Source of the DNA: Nitrosopumilus sp.
GTDB taxonomy: Archaea > Thermoproteota > Nitrososphaeria > Nitrososphaerales > Nitrosopumilaceae
Length of the DNA: 64,000 nucleotides
Direction: 5' to 3'
Assembly: GCA_965197525.1 (NCBI GenBank)
Contig: OZ240211.1
Span: 1,216,001 to 1,280,000, forward strand
Shown here: piece by piece, positions 59,674-64,000 of the stretch
How positions within the stretch are numbered: the stretch's first letter is position 1
How the letters are laid out: each line of letters starts with the position of its first letter
Notes under the pieces: generated by a model
Told to the model about the DNA's origin: nothing
Databases searched by the model: none
Seen by the model: only the letters and a program-made list of their open reading frames with translations
Position numbers and translations under genes: made by a program

Positions 59674-60383
59674 GATGCAATAATCTCACCTATATTTGAC
59701 ATTTGATCTTCATCATACGCCTTACCATCTTTAATTGTTATTACCCTGTCAACATTACCAAAATGTTCTCTATCGTGCGTTACTATGATGAATGTTTGGT
59801 TAAGCTTCTCTGCCATAGATTTCATTAACGCAATGGTGGTTTCTGAAGTTAACGAATCAAGATTACCAGTTGGTTCATCAGCAAGTACGACAGATGGTTT
59901 GTTGATTAATCCTCTTGCAAGAGCCGCTCTTTGAGCTTGACCTCCTGAAATTTGATTTGCACGCTGATGCATTTGAGGTTCCAACCCAACTGCTTTTAGC
60001 AGATCTTTAGCATCTTTACGAGTATGATTAGTGTTGCCTGCAATTTGATTTGGTAACATTACATTTTCCAAAACCGATATGTCGCTTAACAGGTTGGAGA
60101 ATTGGAATATGAATCCTAATTTCTTATTTCTAAATGAAGATATTGCACCATCACCTAACTTCTTAACATTTATTCCGTCGATAAAGATCTCTCCTGCTGT
60201 AGGTTTATCTAATAGTCCTATCAGATTTAGCAATGTGGATTTACCAGATCCTGAACTTCCAACAATTAAAACAACATCACCACGGTTAACTGAAAACGAT
60301 ACATTATCCAAAGCCTTTACTCTATTGTTACCTCGTCCGTAAACTTTGGTGAGATTTTTAATATCTAGTACAAGATCAGACAG
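59670..60383 (-). CDS. LolD/MacB-type ABC transporter ATP-binding protein (probable CTG start)
   Basis: GSSGSGKST, FIFQF, ISGGQAQR, LADEPTGNLD; frame extends to CTG 60383 with LSDLVLDIKNLTKVYG. Confidence 0.9.
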   Translation of the reverse strand: MSDLVLDIKNLTKVYGRGNNRVKALDNVSFSVNRGDVVLIVGSSGSGKSTLLNLIGLLDKPTAGEIFIDGINVKKLGDGAISSFRNKKLGFIFQFSNLLSDISVLENVMLPNQIAGNTNHTRKDAKDLLKAVGLEPQMHQRANQISGGQAQRAALARGLINKPSVVLADEPTGNLDSLTSETTIALMKSMAEKLNQTFIIVTHDREHFGNVDRVITIKDGKAYDEDQMSNIGEIIAS

Positions 60384-61563
60384 TTCTCATCGCCTCTACT
60401 GGAAGTAGCCTTGTGGCTTTATACGACGGGTACAACGACGCAGCTACTGCCAAAACAAATGACGTAATAGCAGTTTGGATGATCTTTTCCCAATTATAGG
60501 TTACCTCAAGGGGGATACTGTTGTTAAATGACATCTTTGTCTCTTTAGCATATACGGTATAGCCCAATCCTGCAGCAGTGCCAACACCTGCACCAACTAC
60601 TCCAATTATCATTCCTTGGAAGAGAAATATGATAAGAATGTCCTTTCGTTTAGCACCAATTGCTCTCATAATACCGATCTCTTTAGTTTTGCCGTTGACT
60701 AGCATTGTCTGAATAGTAACAATGGCAAATGCAGATGACATCATACCAAAGTATCCTATTATAGTGATCATGGCTATACCAGACCTAAAACCAGCAAGTT
60801 GTTCTTCTGCTGATTCCTCTGTAGTTTCTGCAACAAAGGAGTCATTAGGGAATGAACGCAAAAAGAATTCTTTGATCTCGTATGCTCTGGAGGGATCGTT
60901 TAATTTTATCATAAATGATCCTGTGGCATCACTCCTACCTAACATATCACGTAGAGTATCAATATGTAGAACTACTGTATAGTCAAATCCTTGGCCGCCA
61001 GGTGACTCAGCTATACCAGAGACAGTAAATCGTCTTACCTGATCCACACCATGGCGGTCAACTATCAAAACTTTGACGCTATCACCAACTTGAGCACCTC
61101 CGAGATCTTGTGCAACATTAGACCCCAAAACAATGGAATTTCGTGAAAACACGTAACTCCCATCAACAATAGTTTCATGAACAGTGGATGCCTGAATGTC
61201 GCGGAAAGGATCGACGCCAACCATTGGTACTCTAGTCTCCTGATACAAATTACCATTCTTCGTCATATTCAGCTCTCCAGTTGATGAAAGCCGCGGCGCC
61301 GCTGCTTGCACATATGGAATTCTTTCAAACCAATTTACAATAGATAGATCAGATTTTGTAATGTAATCAGATTCATCAGTAACAAGAAGATCGCCATTTC
61401 TATAATCAGCAATATCCCGGACTATTGCATCAAAGAGACCTTGAAATATTACAAAATTGACATGGACTACTAAAATTCCAATTGTTACAGCTAAAACAGC
61501 GGCAATCAAACTACCTTTTTTATTAAACAACATCTTTTTTGCTAAACGTAGTCTGTATTCCAC
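60376..61563 (-). CDS. LolE/FtsX-type ABC transporter permease
   Basis: N-terminal TM, extracellular domain, KTKEIGIMRAIGA, PSYKA..L.PVEAMR. Confidence 0.93.
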   Translation of the reverse strand: MEYRLRLAKKMLFNKKGSLIAAVLAVTIGILVVHVNFVIFQGLFDAIVRDIADYRNGDLLVTDESDYITKSDLSIVNWFERIPYVQAAAPRLSSTGELNMTKNGNLYQETRVPMVGVDPFRDIQASTVHETIVDGSYVFSRNSIVLGSNVAQDLGGAQVGDSVKVLIVDRHGVDQVRRFTVSGIAESPGGQGFDYTVVLHIDTLRDMLGRSDATGSFMIKLNDPSRAYEIKEFFLRSFPNDSFVAETTEESAEEQLAGFRSGIAMITIIGYFGMMSSAFAIVTIQTMLVNGKTKEIGIMRAIGAKRKDILIIFLFQGMIIGVVGAGVGTAAGLGYTVYAKETKMSFNNSIPLEVTYNWEKIIQTAITSFVLAVAASLYPSYKATRLLPVEAMRTV

Positions 61564-61676
61564 AAGTTAGATTGCGTACTCTGTTATTTAATAGGTGTGA
61601 GGTACCGACATATTTTAGACAATTTTATATCGTATTAGTTAAATTCATACTATGGTGAAGTAAAATAAGTGGCAAA

Positions 61677-62579
61677 ATGGACAATTTAGATATAAAGATC
61701 TTCAGCCAGCTGCTAGTTGATTGCAGGAGATCCAACAGACAGATAGGTAAAGAGTTAGGCGTGTCTGGAGGAACGGTGATGGCAAGAACAAAAAAAATGA
61801 TAGATCATGGCATCATTGAAAAGTTTGCTATTATAATAAGACCTGCGGTTTTTGGATATAATATTTTGTATATTGTAATAAAAGATATTGATACCAACGA
61901 AATTTTTGAACGAGGTAAGTTTGTAGGCGAATTAGATTATGTAGTTCCATGTGTAGGAGGTATTACACTGTGTAGTATTATAGTAAAAGACAATCTAGAA
62001 GAAAAAATAAAATTGTTAAATGAATTGATAAAAGATGTAAAAATTTTATCTGTCCTTAGAGTAGAGGAACTGAACTTTGAACAAAATTTTACAAAGACGG
62101 ACATAGAAATTGTGGATGAGCTGATAAAAGATCCTAGACAGAAGAAAGAGCAGATTGCAAAAAATACAAAATTATCGACAAAGACAGTAGCACGCTGTAT
62201 TGAAAAGCTTCATGCAAACAACGGAGTTCAATTCACATTAACTTGCAATCCAATAAAGATGGATAAGTTTATCCCTCATGCAATGATGGTATGGGTAAAT
62301 GATCAAATGGACGAAGCCGTAAAAGACTTTAACTGTGCATTTGAAGAGTTATACTTGCAAAATCCTTTAATTACAAAAGACCAAATTATGTTGTATATGT
62401 ATACTGATAGTATCTTTAAAATAGATGAAATAACACAAGAAATCAAAAAAAGAAAAAATGTAACAGCAGTAGATCTCTTCATTCCAAAAGAGATATTGTT
62501 TTCCAATAAATGGTTAGAAGATGTAGTGATAGATTGTAAAAAAGCATCTAAATTACATTTAACATATCATAGAAATTAA
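61677..62579 (+). CDS. Lrp/AsnC family regulator with duplicated HTH
   Basis: MDNLD.KI...L....R.S...IG..LGVS..TV..R; second HTH TDIEIVDELIKDPR. Confidence 0.85.
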   Translation: MDNLDIKIFSQLLVDCRRSNRQIGKELGVSGGTVMARTKKMIDHGIIEKFAIIIRPAVFGYNILYIVIKDIDTNEIFERGKFVGELDYVVPCVGGITLCSIIVKDNLEEKIKLLNELIKDVKILSVLRVEELNFEQNFTKTDIEIVDELIKDPRQKKEQIAKNTKLSTKTVARCIEKLHANNGVQFTLTCNPIKMDKFIPHAMMVWVNDQMDEAVKDFNCAFEELYLQNPLITKDQIMLYMYTDSIFKIDEITQEIKKRKNVTAVDLFIPKEILFSNKWLEDVVIDCKKASKLHLTYHRN

Positions 62580-62603
62580 ATAGTAACAACATTTAATGTT
62601 CAT

Positions 62604-63119
62604 ATGAAGAAAACAAAGATCTTTGAGGGAAAAATTTTAGAACTTTGTGTTTATGAAGGAAATATAGAAGGTAGGAGGGTCAGGCGGGAGATAATTGAAC
62701 ATAGAGGGGCTGCTGCCATGCTTGCTTTTGATGAAAACAATAAAGTGATTTTGGTCAGACAGCACAGATTTCCTCATGGATATGGCTTGGAGATTCCGGC
62801 AGGAACGCTAGAGAAGGGAGAAGATCCAATGAAATGTGCATTTAGAGAACTAGAAGAAGAGACGGGATATAGGGCAAAAAAGATGACACCGTTAATAATG
62901 TACTATCCATCACTTGGATACAGCACAGAATCGATTCATTGCTTTCTTGCTACAGGACTAAAAAAGATGGATGGATTGAAACTAGATGATGATGAGATAC
63001 TGTCTGTTGTAAAAATGGATTTGAGGAAAGTATTGCGGTTAATCCGAACAAGTAAAATCCACGACTCAAAAACTATTTGTGCGGTTTTAACGTATGCTGC
63101 AAAGAAGAAATTATACTAG
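62604..63119 (+). CDS. NUDIX hydrolase (ADP-ribose pyrophosphatase-like)
   Basis: Nudix box GTLEKGEDPMKCAFRELEEETG; LVRQHR, DSKT. Confidence 0.93.
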   Translation: MKKTKIFEGKILELCVYEGNIEGRRVRREIIEHRGAAAMLAFDENNKVILVRQHRFPHGYGLEIPAGTLEKGEDPMKCAFRELEEETGYRAKKMTPLIMYYPSLGYSTESIHCFLATGLKKMDGLKLDDDEILSVVKMDLRKVLRLIRTSKIHDSKTICAVLTYAAKKKLY

Positions 63120-63167
63120 TGCCATGATCATTTATTTTTACTATTGTGGGTATTGGCCCTACAATTA

Positions 63168-64000
63168 TTATTTGTTATAAATTGGTTGGACAAGATCAGC
63201 AACGTCTGCCCAAGATTGTCCTATTCTCTCAAACATATACACCAAATCTAAAAAATCCATTGGAATTTGTTTTGTATTTCCTAATACAGTACGGAGCTTA
63301 CCAAGCTTTGCTTCATATTGTTTGTGAAGAGATATTGCTTCAATAGCTAAAAGCCTATCTGATTTTACAAATGCGTTAATGGATTTTTCAGCATGATTGT
63401 TGAAATTTTTCACGACGTCGTATATCTTTTTCAAGGATTCTTTTGAAAGAGAAGAGTTGTAAATGGAATCCGACAGTTCTACAATAGAATCACCTGCATT
63501 TTCAAGAAGGTTTGCTGCCACTCTATAGTCGAGAATATCAATATTTTCTAAATTGAATGTAGAGGATAATCTTCTGTTAACTAGAGTGCTACGAATCAGA
63601 CGGACAAGTAAAAAATATTGTCTGTTTACCTCAACATCACGATTCGATAACGTCTGTAAATTAGATTTGTCTTCTGAAATTAATCCATTTAAAATATCGT
63701 TATACATACCTAGTGCAAGAGAGCTTATTCGTTTGAGAATTTTTGAAGGGTTAAGCGTTGTTGCATCTAATAGAAATTGCATATTAATATGAGAAGCGTC
63801 CTCTTCAATTATCTCCATTCCAACTAGTCGCCGCATTGAATTTCGAATTTCTTCTCTGTCTTTTCCGGGAATGAATGATTTGGAAGTGATCGCAATGATG
63901 TCATATCCTAAAAGATATGCTCCTGTAATGTCAGCTACAATATTCTCTTCTTTTGGTAAGGGGTAGGAGATCACGAGTTGCTTTGTAGGCCGTGTCTCTT
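63168..64000 (-). CDS. PhoU-domain phosphate uptake regulator (5' end outside the window)
   Basis: AYLLGYD.I.I, GMEIIEE, DVEVNRQYFL..R, LLENAGD, FERIG; frame open to the window edge. Confidence 0.85.
   Translation of the reverse strand, partial: ETRPTKQLVISYPLPKEENIVADITGAYLLGYDIIAITSKSFIPGKDREEIRNSMRRLVGMEIIEEDASHINMQFLLDATTLNPSKILKRISSLALGMYNDILNGLISEDKSNLQTLSNRDVEVNRQYFLLVRLIRSTLVNRRLSSTFNLENIDILDYRVAANLLENAGDSIVELSDSIYNSSLSKESLKKIYDVVKNFNNHAEKSINAFVKSDRLLAIEAISLHKQYEAKLGKLRTVLGNTKQIPMDFLDLVYMFERIGQSWADVADLVQPIYNK

Overview
Archaeal chromosomal segment, most likely from an ammonia-oxidising thaumarchaeon (Nitrosopumilaceae-like). This is inferred from aIF2 alpha/gamma, Nop10, S6e, PriS/PriL, CdvB, the aconitase-X pair, cbiT/L/F and a PstS with a CFI-box-like C-terminus. 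The housekeeping backbone is interrupted by several accessory patches. (1) A highly structured non-coding region with alternating hairpin repeats lies after tRNA-Gly(CCC). (2) A GHKL/MORC-like ATPase plus a DUF1016-N-like partner sits next to a ~132-bp MITE-like element. (3) A GC-rich 1380-aa BspA/DUF285 repeat surface protein has hypervariable repeat positions. (4) A hicBA cassette is bracketed by a duplicated 5' end of the thiI-like gene and a second MITE copy. (5) An IS110-family transposase has imperfect inverted repeats and a downstream structured RNA candidate (bridge/seek RNA) whose sequence matches the element end. (6) A secreted trypsin-like protease and an HTH-membrane regulator are each split by a frameshift. 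Smaller findings are a Cys-less glutamate-racemase homologue, a C/D-box-like hairpin, candidate Pho and Fur/PerR operators, and a forced CTG start. All calls come from reading motifs by eye; no database searches were run.
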